A stretch of 64,000 bases of DNA, from the NCBI GenBank assembly GCA_023151275.1, contig JAKLJI010000018.1:2653-66652 (forward strand), read 5' to 3'. The position numbers were made by a program, and so were the translations under genes. This document shows, piece after piece, positions 1 to 10,753 of this stretch. Source of the stretch: Bacteroidia bacterium (GTDB lineage Bacteria; Bacteroidota; Bacteroidia; UKL13-3). The stretch's first letter is position 1. Each line of letters opens with the position of its first letter. The notes beneath the pieces were generated by a model. The model was given only the letters and a program-made list of their open reading frames with translations, searched no databases and was not told the origin of the DNA.

Positions 1-645
1 ACCAAAATTGAAATGGGTTTTGGAGCTGTTATCTAAAAATACACCATACACTTTGGTGCCATGGGTTCCGATGTAAAAAGGGATGCTGGCATACAAGGGA
101 TCGCCATTGGCGGGATAGCCAAAATAATCGGTGTTCCAATTGGTATAGCCTTCTCCGCGACGGTCGAGATTGCCTGTTTTTTCGCCAAGGCCAATGAAGC
201 GCTCGCCGGGCTGAAGTTTTTTGTAAGTGCAAATTTCCTCGCCAATGATACCGGTTCCAAAGCTGGGCTCATCTTCATTAATCACCTCGCGTTTGGTATT
301 CATTAACTTAACGCGGAACGGATTTTTGCTGATGGAAAGGATGCAGGAATCGGTTTTAAATTCTACTGTTCCGTTTTGGTCGCTGAGTGTAAATTTAGTC
401 TCCTGAGGACTTCCGCTTACTGCATAACTCATGCGTTCAAACTCGGCCGCAGGCGTAATAGTAATGCGGAAGGTAGTAGGGGAGTAAACGAGTACGCGGG
501 CCTTAATGCTGCCCACTTTAAATTCCATTCCATGTTGAATGGGAGTTTGTTCGCTTACATTTCCCAGACTTTGGTTGAGTTTCTGGGCAAAAATCCAAGG
601 GCTGCAAAGCGCCACAAGGCTGAGAGCTAGGAATAATTTCTTCAT
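1..645 (-). CDS. Glycoside hydrolase family 31 (alpha-glucosidase-like), 5' part; runs off the window edge
   Basis: Not in the ORF track. Manual translation of the minus strand from ATG at 645 is open to base 1: MKKLFLALSLVALCSPWIFAQ (signal peptide)...GERFIGLGEKTGNLDRRGEGYTNWNTDYFGYPANGDPLYASIPFYIG...YGVFLDNSSKTHFNFG, the typical GH31 N-terminal beta-sandwich signature. Confidence 0.9.
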   Translation of the reverse strand, partial: MKKLFLALSLVALCSPWIFAQKLNQSLGNVSEQTPIQHGMEFKVGSIKARVLVYSPTTFRITITPAAEFERMSYAVSGSPQETKFTLSDQNGTVEFKTDSCILSISKNPFRVKLMNTKREVINEDEPSFGTGIIGEEICTYKKLQPGERFIGLGEKTGNLDRRGEGYTNWNTDYFGYPANGDPLYASIPFYIGTHGTKVYGVFLDNSSKTHFNFG

Positions 646-938
646 AATCAATTACCACAAGTTTACTGAAAATTTTGGAGGCAATTGCATTTTGGTAGGA
701 GTTGCCTATTGCCAATTTTGGATTAGGGTTTGGGATTCAGTTAAGGAGATTAACCTAAACGATTATTTATTCTTTTGAATCCGAATGAGGTAGGTAGAAC
801 TGCGGCTGGCAAAGGGTTTGGGATATGTGGCTGGGGTAGAACCAATGGGTATGCTTCGTTTAGGTATGTGCCAAATGAAGCCCTAAATGAATGATTTTAT
901 GAAGTTGAATTTGATGCTATTAATGCTAGCGAAGCAGT

Positions 939-1294
939 AAATAAATTTTCGCAAACGATTGCGGAATTTAATAGCCGAATTTTTATTTCAATTTCTGGTA
1001 AGGGTGGAAGTGTTTAATATTGAAAGTGGGTTGTAAGAAATTACTTCGGAATTAGGGTTTATTAATACCCGATTTGCTACATTTTTAAGAATTAAGAAGA
1101 ATGAAATAAATTTTCGCAAACGATTGCGGAAATAAAATTGCTCAAATAATGGTTCAAATTTCATCCCAAATGAGGTGAATTTTTTGCCTAGAAAGAGGCA
1201 AATTGGAATTAAATTTCGGGGCAATTAAGCTCGAAAATTTTACATTTTTAAGAATTCAGGAATGGGAAATAAATTTTCGCAAACGATTGCGGAA
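939..1294. promoter_or_regulatory. Three exact 28-bp repeats containing a LacI-family operator-like palindrome (CGCAAACGATTGCG)
   Basis: AAATAAATTTTCGCAAACGATTGCGGAA occurs at 939-966, 1104-1131 and 1267-1294. The core fits GCAAnCGnTTGC, the LacI/MalR-type operator shape. It lies upstream of the GH31 gene. Confidence 0.65.
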
Positions 1295-1436
1295 TTTTAA
1301 TTGGATAGAAAAAACAGTTCAATCACGCAAAAATGGGGTCAAAAATTCCAATTCATGGTGCTTAAAATCGCATTTTTAGGACTCATTTTAGCGGCAAAAT
1401 CCTGCCAATTCAAGCCTCAAATGCATACTTCAAACC

Positions 1437-1470
1437 AAAAAAAAAGGCCGCCCGAGGGCAGCCTTTTTCT
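1437..1470 (-). terminator. Rho-independent terminator of the 1490-3205 gene
   Basis: On the minus strand: AAAAAGGCTGCCC-TC-GGGCGGCCTTTTTTTTT, a GC stem followed by a U-tract, about 20 nt after the stop codon. Confidence 0.8.
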
Positions 1471-1489
1471 TTATGAAGTACCAATTTGA

Positions 1490-3205
1490 TTAGTCAACCA
1501 TCAATTTGATAGTTGCTTTTTGGTTGTTGTTGTTGATAGCTTGAATGAAGTAAGTACCTGCATTCAATTCTTCAGTTGAGATACGAAGCGCATTGTACTC
1601 GTAGTTGTTGATAGTGCGGATAACACGACCTGTGATGTCCATTACTGTAACAGTGTGTGAAGTAGCGTTATCGTTGAATTCAACTACTGTAAAGCTATTG
1701 CTTGGATTTGGATACACTTTCATGTTAGTAGCCAACAAGTTGTTTTCTTTAACTGAAGTAGTGATAGTTTGGCAAGAGTTGAAGATATAAGCCAAAGTTT
1801 GTGGGTTGCCGCTTGTACGAACGAATTCGCGCTGGTAGCCACCTACACCGTTAGGCTTAGTGCAACCACGGTCTTCAGCATTCGGGAAGGTTTCTTCGTT
1901 TCCATCAACAGTTGCAGAACCGTTGGTGAAGTAGAAAATGATGGTTCCGTTACACACATTGCTTACAGTAGTTTGGAACTGAGCAGGGTTACCTGGTACT
2001 GGATCCATTTTGATAGCAGCATTTTTACCACCCAAATAATCAACTACCAAGAATACGTCGCCTTTAGGAACTTCATTGCTCAAATCGGTTTTGAAGGTGA
2101 TAGTTTGTGGGTCTGGACGAGGGTTGCAAGCTGTGAATGAACCAAAGCAATTTGCATCTAAAATGGTATCGCTGGTTAATTTCAATTCACGGTTTCCTGA
2201 GCTGGTAGCAATTTGCTCCCAAGTTTGAACTCCACCTTTGTAGAAACGGTATTTGAACTGAACTGTAGAGCCTGAATCGATAGCCATTTGTGAACCTGTC
2301 CATTTGTTGGTACCTGTAACCTGAGTCATTTTGTTACCAGCGCCCCAGCTACCATCAAGAAGTCCACCAGCAACGTCAACTGAATCAACACCGCAAATGC
2401 TTTCTACGTCAACATTGAACGTGATATTGAATTTAGGAACTACTACGCAAACGCCACATTTAGAGTAGCAAGCCATGTAGGTTTCAGGATTTGTGCCTAG
2501 AGTTACACCACGGTTTCCGTCGTTGTCAACTTTACATTCAGCAGGAACAGATTCTGCATTGTCCCATGAATCACCATTGATGAATTTCCATTTAACTTCA
2601 CCTGAATCGGCAAATGCCATGGTTTGATACACAGTTGATTCAAACTTTCCACTACCTGAGTAATTAACCATTTTGGTGGTGTTTGGCGACCAGCCTTGGA
2701 AAGAACCTGCAACGTGAACTCCTTTAGAGCTAACAGTAGCAAGAGCCATGTCCACTTTCAAACGAAGCAAAGTTTTGCCAGAAGGAGCTGTTCCACTGAA
2801 AAGAATTGCTGGAAGAGAAAGCGTATCAGTACCTTCAGGGATGTACATCCAACGGTTGCTGTTACCGCCACCTACTTGAGAAGCAGCAGGAATGCTCTCT
2901 TCACCTGGCCAGTCGTTACCATTGATAAATTTGAATTCGTAAACCAAATCCCCTTTCAAATCAATAACAGCTGAAGAGTAAATATTGCCAGACTCCAAAG
3001 TCAATGCAATACCACTTGGATTCCAGTTTGGTAAAGTTGCATTTTCATCGGTGTTGTCGTAATTCACATCTTTGAAATTACCAGCAACGTGAACTCCGTT
3101 TCCGGATACAGTTTGACCAGTCATATCAACTTTGATTTTAACTGGTCTTGCAAATGCGCTTGTCATTGCTGCAAATGCAAAAGACATTAGTAATAGTTTT
3201 TTCAT
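1490..3205 (-). CDS. T9SS-secreted protein with four tandem CBM20/starch-binding-like modules and no catalytic domain
   Basis: Signal peptide; repeats of VxxxVDM...GVHVAGxFxxW...YxFKFING..W..E.vP; C-terminal KVYPNPS...MDITGRVI...AGTYFIQ...KLMVD T9SS type-A sorting domain. Confidence 0.75.
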   Translation of the reverse strand: MKKLLLMSFAFAAMTSAFARPVKIKVDMTGQTVSGNGVHVAGNFKDVNYDNTDENATLPNWNPSGIALTLESGNIYSSAVIDLKGDLVYEFKFINGNDWPGEESIPAASQVGGGNSNRWMYIPEGTDTLSLPAILFSGTAPSGKTLLRLKVDMALATVSSKGVHVAGSFQGWSPNTTKMVNYSGSGKFESTVYQTMAFADSGEVKWKFINGDSWDNAESVPAECKVDNDGNRGVTLGTNPETYMACYSKCGVCVVVPKFNITFNVDVESICGVDSVDVAGGLLDGSWGAGNKMTQVTGTNKWTGSQMAIDSGSTVQFKYRFYKGGVQTWEQIATSSGNRELKLTSDTILDANCFGSFTACNPRPDPQTITFKTDLSNEVPKGDVFLVVDYLGGKNAAIKMDPVPGNPAQFQTTVSNVCNGTIIFYFTNGSATVDGNEETFPNAEDRGCTKPNGVGGYQREFVRTSGNPQTLAYIFNSCQTITTSVKENNLLATNMKVYPNPSNSFTVVEFNDNATSHTVTVMDITGRVIRTINNYEYNALRISTEELNAGTYFIQAINNNNQKATIKLMVD

Positions 3206-3323
3206 ATTCTATTAAAATAGTATTTGATGGGGGCAATTTACGTAAAATTTCTGCATCATTAAAAATGCTTGAGGTCATGAATTTTAAAAAAGTAACTTTA
3301 CAGCAATAAAATTTTACGAAATA

Positions 3324-6140
3324 ATGCTCCTTAATTACAACAATTTTAGGTTTTACCTTAAACTTCTGATTTTTCTCAGTTTCTTTTCCTTCAAACTGCA
3401 AGCTCAGGTACTTGTTATCGATCCTGCATTTGCAACACAAGACGATTCAATTACAGTAATTTACGATGCTTCCAAAGGAAATGCAGGCCTTTTGGGTGAA
3501 AGTAAGGTTATCGCACATACCGGAGTAATTACATCGGCAAGCACCTCGGGCTCCGATTGGAAGTACGTTCAAGGTTCATGGGGTGTTGATTTCGCTAAAA
3601 CCCGTATGACCAGTATGGGTAATAACAAGTGGTTTATTTCATTCCGAATACGCAGTTTTTATGGGGTTCCGGCCAATGAAACAATTCAGAAACTGGCTTT
3701 CGTGTTTCACAATGCCGGCGGTAATAATTCAAAAAAAGGTGCAGATGTAGGTGGGGCTGATTTATTTATCACCCTTTCTTCAGGCTCTTATCAAGCGCGT
3801 TTTGTAACTCCTCTCAAACATAGTTTTTATTCCACAGGGGAAACGCTCAACATCAAGGCCATGGCCTCTGTGAAGTCGGAATTAAAATTGTTTTTAAATG
3901 GTCAGGAATTGGCTTTTGCTGCCAATGATACAGTGTTAACACATGCCATTGCTGCGAGTGAATTGCCTGAAAAGGCACGCTTTGTGCTTCAAGGTATTAA
4001 TGGCTCTTCTACATCCTACGATACAACCTATGTCATTCGCAAAGGCTACACACAGGTGGCTAATCCGCCTCAAGGCACAAAAGATGGGATCAACTACCTG
4101 AATGATTCTTCTGTTGTTCTTCAATTGTATGCTCCGAATAAAGACTTTGTTTTTGCTTGGGGCGATTTTAGCAACTGGGAACTTGATTCGGCCTGCCGCA
4201 TGATTAGAACTCCTGATGGCAAACGCTATTGGGTACAATTGAACCAACTTGAAAAGGGCAGGGAATACCGCTTTCAATATGTAATCAACGAATCTAAATT
4301 ACTGGTTCCGGATTGCTATGCCGAGAAATTGCTCGACCCTTGGAATGATAAATATATTCCTGCTCAAACCTATCCCAATTTAATTCCCTATCCGGTTGGA
4401 TTAACAACAGAGGTAGTTTCTGTTTTTCAGACCAGCCAAATCCCGTACAATTGGTTAACATCCGGTTTTCAAAAACCACCAGTTTCCAAATTGGTAATTT
4501 ATGAATTATTGCTTCGCGATTTTATTGCTCGCCACGACTTTCAAACCTTGAAGGATACGCTCATGTATCTCAAAAACCTGGGTGTAAATGTGCTAGAATT
4601 GATGCCGGTGAATGAGTTTGATGGCAATGAAAGCTGGGGATACAATCCCAATTTTTACTTTGCTTTGGATAAGTATTATGGTACCAAGGATGCGTTTAAA
4701 GCCTTGGTAGATGAATGTCATAAATTGGGCATTGCCGTGGTTATTGACATGGTGCTGAATCATTCCTTTGGCATGAATCCACAGGTGCGCATGTACTTCA
4801 ATCCAAACACGGGCAAGCCGCAAAACAATCCTTGGTTTAATGCAGATGCTACTCATCCGTATAATGTAGGCTATGATTACAACCATGAAAGTCAGGATAC
4901 CAAAGATTTTGTTGATCGTGTGCTAAAATTTTGGGTTGAAGAATACCGCATAGACGGATACCGCTTTGATTTATCAAAAGGATTTACCCAAAAGAATTCG
5001 GGTTCGGATGTAGGTGGATGGAGTGCTTACGACCAAAGCCGTATCAATATTTGGAAGCGCATCCGCGACGAGTTCAGGAAATCGTGCAGCGATTGCTACA
5101 TGATTCTTGAGCACTTGGGTGATAATTCCGAAGAAAAGGTATTGGCCGATGAAGGATTCATTATGTGGGGAAAAATGACAGAGCAGTTCAATGAAGCCAC
5201 CATGGGATATGCAGGTTCAAAACAAAACTTAAGCTGGGGCAATTACAAAAGCAGGAGCTTCAGCTATCCCAATTTGGTTACTTATGCTGAAAGTCATGAC
5301 GAAGAGCGTTTGATGTTTAAGAACAAAACCTATGGCAATACCAATGGAAGCTATTCGGTGAAAAATACAAACACTGCTTTGCAACGCATGGAGGCTGCCA
5401 TGGCGATGTTGCTACCCTTAAAAGGTCCCAAAATGATTTGGCAGTTTGGTGAGTTGGGCTATGATATCAGCATTGATCAAAATGGAAGAACAGGAAACAA
5501 GCCAATCCTTTGGAATTATGCTACCGAACCAGCCCGGAAAAAACTTTACACGACAACAGCAGCATTGGCCAAACTCAAAATGCATCCAAGTTTTGATTCT
5601 GATAATTACGTTTATGATGTAGCTGGAACCGGTAAAATGCTCAAGGTGAGCGATTCAAGCATGAACTCCATCATCCTGGCTAATTTTGATATGAATGCCA
5701 TTGCCCTTAATCCGGGTTTTCAACAAACCGGTTGGTGGTACGATTACATGACAGGTGATTCTATGCAGGTTTCCAATTTGGCGATGGCGGTAAATTTGAA
5801 TCCGGGCGAGTTTAAGGTGTACACCACCAAAAATCTGAATCCTTCCGGAATCCTGAATTCACTGGAAGGATTTGCTGAACATCAACTGGATTTTAATGTG
5901 TATCCGAATCCTGCAAAGGAGCAGTTATTCCTAAGCCTTCAGAACTCCGACCAAAAACCGGAAGTAGATTTAGTAGATGCCACCGGACGTATTTTTACCG
6001 TTCCAATAATTGCGCAGGAAAGGGCCAGTAAGGAATGGATTTTGGCGCTTGACCTAAATCATATTTCTGAAGGAATTTATTTCCTGCGCGTGAAAACCTC
6101 AGTAGGAACAGGCGTTAAACAACTTGTAATTCATCCTTAA
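3324..6140 (+). CDS. GH13 alpha-amylase/glucan-active enzyme with N-terminal CBM-like modules, CBM48 and T9SS CTD
   Basis: GH13 regions DMVLNH, GYRFDLSKGF (nucleophile), ILEHL (acid/base), YAESHDEER; SWGYNP motif; C-terminal NVYPNPA...EGIYFLRV T9SS domain. Confidence 0.9.
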   Translation: MLLNYNNFRFYLKLLIFLSFFSFKLQAQVLVIDPAFATQDDSITVIYDASKGNAGLLGESKVIAHTGVITSASTSGSDWKYVQGSWGVDFAKTRMTSMGNNKWFISFRIRSFYGVPANETIQKLAFVFHNAGGNNSKKGADVGGADLFITLSSGSYQARFVTPLKHSFYSTGETLNIKAMASVKSELKLFLNGQELAFAANDTVLTHAIAASELPEKARFVLQGINGSSTSYDTTYVIRKGYTQVANPPQGTKDGINYLNDSSVVLQLYAPNKDFVFAWGDFSNWELDSACRMIRTPDGKRYWVQLNQLEKGREYRFQYVINESKLLVPDCYAEKLLDPWNDKYIPAQTYPNLIPYPVGLTTEVVSVFQTSQIPYNWLTSGFQKPPVSKLVIYELLLRDFIARHDFQTLKDTLMYLKNLGVNVLELMPVNEFDGNESWGYNPNFYFALDKYYGTKDAFKALVDECHKLGIAVVIDMVLNHSFGMNPQVRMYFNPNTGKPQNNPWFNADATHPYNVGYDYNHESQDTKDFVDRVLKFWVEEYRIDGYRFDLSKGFTQKNSGSDVGGWSAYDQSRINIWKRIRDEFRKSCSDCYMILEHLGDNSEEKVLADEGFIMWGKMTEQFNEATMGYAGSKQNLSWGNYKSRSFSYPNLVTYAESHDEERLMFKNKTYGNTNGSYSVKNTNTALQRMEAAMAMLLPLKGPKMIWQFGELGYDISIDQNGRTGNKPILWNYATEPARKKLYTTTAALAKLKMHPSFDSDNYVYDVAGTGKMLKVSDSSMNSIILANFDMNAIALNPGFQQTGWWYDYMTGDSMQVSNLAMAVNLNPGEFKVYTTKNLNPSGILNSLEGFAEHQLDFNVYPNPAKEQLFLSLQNSDQKPEVDLVDATGRIFTVPIIAQERASKEWILALDLNHISEGIYFLRVKTSVGTGVKQLVIHP

Positions 6141-6307
6141 GCGAACCAAAGTAAATTGACAAATTGCAAATTTACACTTGCTCCTTGCGCATATTTTTTG
6201 AATCGGTTAATTTGGGAGCGTAAATGTAAATAATTTGAATCAGAGGCTTGAACAGTTTAATTGCTGTGAGAGCCTCTGAATACGAAAAAAAATCAAACAA
6301 TAACCAA

Positions 6308-9300
6308 ATGGAACGAAAACTACTGATTCTTCTTGTTCTGCTTGTTGGATTTGGTTCCCTGAATGCGCAAAGCATTCGCGGAACGGTTACAGACCCAAAG
6401 CAGGAAGCAGTGATCGGGGCAACAGTTAAGGTGGAAGGAACGCCTTTTGGAGCCGTAACAGATGCACTGGGAAACTATGAAATTAAAAACCTGAAATCGG
6501 GCAATTACAAACTTAAATTTTCTTCAGTGGGCTATACCGCTGTTGTGCGTGAGGTTAGTCTTGGCTCTACAACCATTACCCTAAACGTGGTAATGAAAGA
6601 GGACACCAGGCAAATGGATGAACTAGTTGTTGTAGGTTATGGTGTGCAGCGTAAACGTGAAATTACAGGCTCGGTTGCCAAGATTGGAGGAAAGGAGTTG
6701 AATGACTTGCCTGTTCCTTCGTTTGAAGCAGCCATGCAAGGTAAGGCCGCAGGTGTTCAGGTTACCGTTGGTAGTGGTTTGGCTGGTGCGGCTTCAATTA
6801 TCCGTATCCGTGGTATATCTTCCATTTCCGCCAGCGGTGATCCTTTGTATGTAGTGGATGGAATTCCAATTACGCAAGATTACTTCATGTTGGGTAACTC
6901 AGGTGGTATGAACAATAACCCACTTGCAACCATCAACCCGGATGATATTGAAAGTGTTGAAATCTTGAAAGATGCTGCTGCCAATGCCATTTACGGTTCA
7001 CGTGGTGCAAACGGTGTAATCCTTATTACCACCAAGCGCGCTCAGAAGCCGGGATGGAAACTTTCTGCATCAACCCGCATTGGTGTTTCACTTCCTACGG
7101 CTCGTCCTCGCATGCTAAATTCTTCAGAATGGTTGCAACTGAATCAGGAAGCTTGGGAGAATGATGGCAATTCAGGACGTGCACCACTTCCCGGTGGCAT
7201 GACTTATGCCAACGCACTTTTGAACAATACCGATTGGGTGGATCAAACCATTCATACCGGCTTTAAACATGCATATAACTTTAGTGCTTCAAAAGGTGGT
7301 GAAAAGTTGAGCTCCCAAATTACCCTTTCACATGAAGACAATGGTACCTATTTAAAAGGGAACAGTTTTGTGCGCACAACAGGCCGTTTAAATATGGACT
7401 ACAATGCAACCAAATGGTTGAAGATTGGTTTGAATTCCTCCCTGTCAAGTGGGGTGAATAATCGTGTTAATGCGGCCTGGTCGGGTGGTCTTGGCGCTGC
7501 CATGTCAACTGCACTTCCTATTTATCCGGTTTACAATTCAGATGGAACCTGGTTCCGTGGTGGTTCAAACCCGGTAAGGGATATGAATAACCTGAAATGG
7601 AGAACTCAGGAATTGCGCTCATTGAATGGTATTTATTTAACGATAACTCCGATTAAAAATCTTGTGCTTCGCGGTCAAGCCAGTTACGATTACATGAACC
7701 TGGATGATGACCAGTGGAGATCTCCTGAGATTACAGGTCAAGCAAATGCCGGCGATGCTTACCGCGGTATGGCTTTCAATAAAAACTTCAACTATTATGC
7801 AACTGCAACCTACTTGGGCAAATTAAATGAAGACCATAGCTTTCAAGTAATGGTAGGTAATGAGTTCCAACGTGCCAATAGCTTGCGCCGCAGAACCTTT
7901 GCTTCCAATGTTCCCGATTTGTATCACAATGAGCCTACGTTCCTGTTAACCTCACCGGTTTATATTGACAATGGAACCAATTGGGCCTTCCTAAGTTATT
8001 TTGGTCGTGCTAACTACGATTACAAAAAGAAGTTCAACCTTCAGGCGGTTTATCGTATCGATGCATCCTCACGTTTTGGAACAAATTACCGTTGGGCAGC
8101 CTTCCCGTCACTTTCAGCAGGTTGGATATTATCTGAAGAGAAATTCCTGAAAAACAATCCAACCATTTCCTTCCTGAAAATTCGTTCGGGTTGGGGTAAA
8201 AGCGGTAATGCCGGAATTCCGGACGATGCCCGATTTGCTACCTATTCAGCAGCCAGCAACAACATCAACTACAATGGCAATGGAACAGTTTTCCCAAATA
8301 AACTTCAAAATCCAAATTTGCGCTGGGAAACCTCAGACAATATAGATGCTGCTGTTGAATTGGGTATTTTTAAAGACCGCTTAACATTTGAATTGGGCTA
8401 CTACGAGCGCATTACAAAAGATGTGTTGATGCAACTCACAATTCCGAATTCCATTGGATTTGGCGACAACTGGGAAAATGTAGGAAAAATCAGAAACAGA
8501 GGGGTTGAGTTTAGCTTCAAGAGCCGGAACGTAATGACCAAGGATTTCCAATGGACAACCAACTTCAACGTGGCGCGGAACGACAATAAAATTCTATCCA
8601 TTGGTGTTTATACAGAAGATGCTGTTAGCGGTGGAACAAACGATACCCGTGTAGTGGTGAACCATCCGGTTGGTACAAATTACCTCATTCCCTGGTCGCA
8701 TGTAGATGCAGCAACTGGTCGCCCGGTTTACCTCGATATCAATGGCAATCAAACATTTGTTTACAATAACTCCAATCGTGTTCCAGCTGGTAAAATTCTT
8801 CCGGATGCAATTGGTGGCTTAACAAACACATTCCGCTATAAAAATTGGGACATGAGCGTTCTCATTATCTTTAGCATTGGAAGTAACATTTATGAATCTT
8901 CTCAAAAACGCCAATCAACACTTATCACAGATTGGAACATGGATGAGAGAGTTTACGACCGCTGGAGAACACCTGGTGATGTGGCCAAATACCCACGCTT
9001 AACCAAGTCGTATACTACCTATGGTTTACCCGATGAATGGAGCAATACCACCTTGTGGTTAAAAGATGGTTCTTATGCACGTTTAAGGAATGTGACTTTG
9101 GGTTACAATTTGCCAAATGCGGTTTGCAAAAAGATGAACATCACAAGCCTGCGCATCGCAGCTATTGCCGCAAACATTTTCACCATTACCAAGTATGATG
9201 GATTGGACCCGGAATTGGGACGTGATGCAGAAGGTGGAGGACAAGGTGCACTAAACAACGCTAGAAACATGGGTGCTCAGAACATTACTTATTTGACGCC

Positions 9301-9346
9301 TCCACAAGAAAAGTCATACAGCTTACAAGTAAATATTGAGTTTTAA
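6308..9346 (+). CDS. susC: SusC/RagA family TonB-dependent outer membrane transporter
   Basis: DPLYVVDGIP, INPDDIESVEILKDAAANAIYGSRGANGVILITTK, NPNLRWET and a C-terminal F. Start moved to the ATG at 6308 (MERKLLILL, signal peptide). Confidence 0.95.
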   Translation: MERKLLILLVLLVGFGSLNAQSIRGTVTDPKQEAVIGATVKVEGTPFGAVTDALGNYEIKNLKSGNYKLKFSSVGYTAVVREVSLGSTTITLNVVMKEDTRQMDELVVVGYGVQRKREITGSVAKIGGKELNDLPVPSFEAAMQGKAAGVQVTVGSGLAGAASIIRIRGISSISASGDPLYVVDGIPITQDYFMLGNSGGMNNNPLATINPDDIESVEILKDAAANAIYGSRGANGVILITTKRAQKPGWKLSASTRIGVSLPTARPRMLNSSEWLQLNQEAWENDGNSGRAPLPGGMTYANALLNNTDWVDQTIHTGFKHAYNFSASKGGEKLSSQITLSHEDNGTYLKGNSFVRTTGRLNMDYNATKWLKIGLNSSLSSGVNNRVNAAWSGGLGAAMSTALPIYPVYNSDGTWFRGGSNPVRDMNNLKWRTQELRSLNGIYLTITPIKNLVLRGQASYDYMNLDDDQWRSPEITGQANAGDAYRGMAFNKNFNYYATATYLGKLNEDHSFQVMVGNEFQRANSLRRRTFASNVPDLYHNEPTFLLTSPVYIDNGTNWAFLSYFGRANYDYKKKFNLQAVYRIDASSRFGTNYRWAAFPSLSAGWILSEEKFLKNNPTISFLKIRSGWGKSGNAGIPDDARFATYSAASNNINYNGNGTVFPNKLQNPNLRWETSDNIDAAVELGIFKDRLTFELGYYERITKDVLMQLTIPNSIGFGDNWENVGKIRNRGVEFSFKSRNVMTKDFQWTTNFNVARNDNKILSIGVYTEDAVSGGTNDTRVVVNHPVGTNYLIPWSHVDAATGRPVYLDINGNQTFVYNNSNRVPAGKILPDAIGGLTNTFRYKNWDMSVLIIFSIGSNIYESSQKRQSTLITDWNMDERVYDRWRTPGDVAKYPRLTKSYTTYGLPDEWSNTTLWLKDGSYARLRNVTLGYNLPNAVCKKMNITSLRIAAIAANIFTITKYDGLDPELGRDAEGGGQGALNNARNMGAQNITYLTPPQEKSYSLQVNIEF

Positions 9347-9363
9347 TTGAAAGGAAGAACAAC

Positions 9364-10743
9364 ATGAAGAAGTATATAGTAATTCTTGTAGCTCTGGTTT
9401 CTTTAAGTTCTTGCCGCAAATGGCTTGAAGTTTATCCGGAAGGAGTTCAGCTGGAAGAAGAAGCAATTAAATCGCAGGATGATATGGTTAAGTTACTTAA
9501 CTCCTGCTACGATGCAATGGCCAATCAATACAATGGCCAGGTACAATTGTTTAATGAGTTGTTGGGTGATAACCTGGAGAAACCTCAAAGTGGATTTGTG
9601 GTTCCTATCTATCAGCGTACAACCAACTTTTTTAATTCAGATGTAGGTGGTTTATACCTCGAATTGTATCGTCCGGTTTTTAGGATTAATTTTTTGATTA
9701 AAACCCTTCAGGATAAACGTATTCCCGTTGATGCTGCCACTGAAAGCAGGTTGATTGCTGAAGGAAAATTCTTGCGCGCCATGTGTCATTTTGATTTGGT
9801 CCGCTTGTGGGCTCAACCTTATGGTGCAAGCGCAGATAATAGTCATTTAGGTATTGTAATTCGAAAAGCACCAACTACAGACCCGCTTCCAAGAAGCAGT
9901 GTTAAAGAGGTGTATGATTTTATCATTGGCGATTTGAATGATGCCATAGCTAACCTGCCTGATAACAATGGAAATTATGCGGATAAAGATGCAGCTCGTG
10001 CTTTGTTGGCAAAAGTGTATTTCCAAATGAACAAGTTCGATAAAGTGAAAGAACTTTGTGATGTGGTTATTCCAAATTACACCATGGATACTACCTTGAA
10101 TCGCTTTGTGAATGCCCTAACTTCAAGTGAAAACATATTCTCATTTGTTAGCTCAAGTACACAAGATAATCGCGCTTCACGCTTCATTGGTAATTTTAGA
10201 ATTGTAAATCCAAGCAATCCGCCGGCTTTCCGTTTGTCGAAAAGTCTTTACACCGAAGCTACAAGTGACCCAACCGATAAGCGTGCTGCACAGTATGCTG
10301 TTTTCAATGCTGGTACATCCACAGAAACATACGGAATTACCAAGTTTAATTACGATTGGCTTAGTGTTCCAATGTTGTATTTAACACAATTGAAACTAAT
10401 GCGAGCAGAAGCCAATGCAAAATTAGGCGTTGATTTGCCTACCGCTATCAAGGATGTTAACGATGTATTAGAACGTGCTTTTGGCTCTCAAGTAAATAAT
10501 TTGCCTTCAGGTGCGGGTGCTACTCAAATTGTAAATGAAGCACGCAAACAGCGTCGTCTTGAATTTCCAATTGAAGGCGATCGCGTGCAAGACCTGAAGC
10601 GTATTGGTGCCCTGGAAGATCCAAGTGGTGCAACATTTAAAATTAGAAATTCACCTTGGAATTGTCCCGGCTTGGCCCTTCAGTTTCCGGTGAATGAACG
10701 TACCAGCGTGTTTGTTTTTAACGAAGAAGGCAATTGTGAATAA
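9364..10743 (+). CDS. susD: SusD/RagB family nutrient-binding lipoprotein
   Basis: Lipobox SLSSC; AEGKFLRAMCHFDLVRLW, LMRAEA and QRRLEFPIEGDR motifs; directly follows susC. Confidence 0.92.
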   Translation: MKKYIVILVALVSLSSCRKWLEVYPEGVQLEEEAIKSQDDMVKLLNSCYDAMANQYNGQVQLFNELLGDNLEKPQSGFVVPIYQRTTNFFNSDVGGLYLELYRPVFRINFLIKTLQDKRIPVDAATESRLIAEGKFLRAMCHFDLVRLWAQPYGASADNSHLGIVIRKAPTTDPLPRSSVKEVYDFIIGDLNDAIANLPDNNGNYADKDAARALLAKVYFQMNKFDKVKELCDVVIPNYTMDTTLNRFVNALTSSENIFSFVSSSTQDNRASRFIGNFRIVNPSNPPAFRLSKSLYTEATSDPTDKRAAQYAVFNAGTSTETYGITKFNYDWLSVPMLYLTQLKLMRAEANAKLGVDLPTAIKDVNDVLERAFGSQVNNLPSGAGATQIVNEARKQRRLEFPIEGDRVQDLKRIGALEDPSGATFKIRNSPWNCPGLALQFPVNERTSVFVFNEEGNCE

Positions 10744-10753
10744 TAAGTTCCGT

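Noticed and set aside
29-778. Short ORFs in the track at 29-778
   Set aside because: They are shadows of the real minus-strand GH31 frame (1-645), which the track omitted because it has no stop within the window.
939-1294. Mini-CRISPR from the three 28-bp repeats
   Set aside because: The intervening segments are ~135 bp, far too long for spacers, and the repeat core matches a LacI operator shape.
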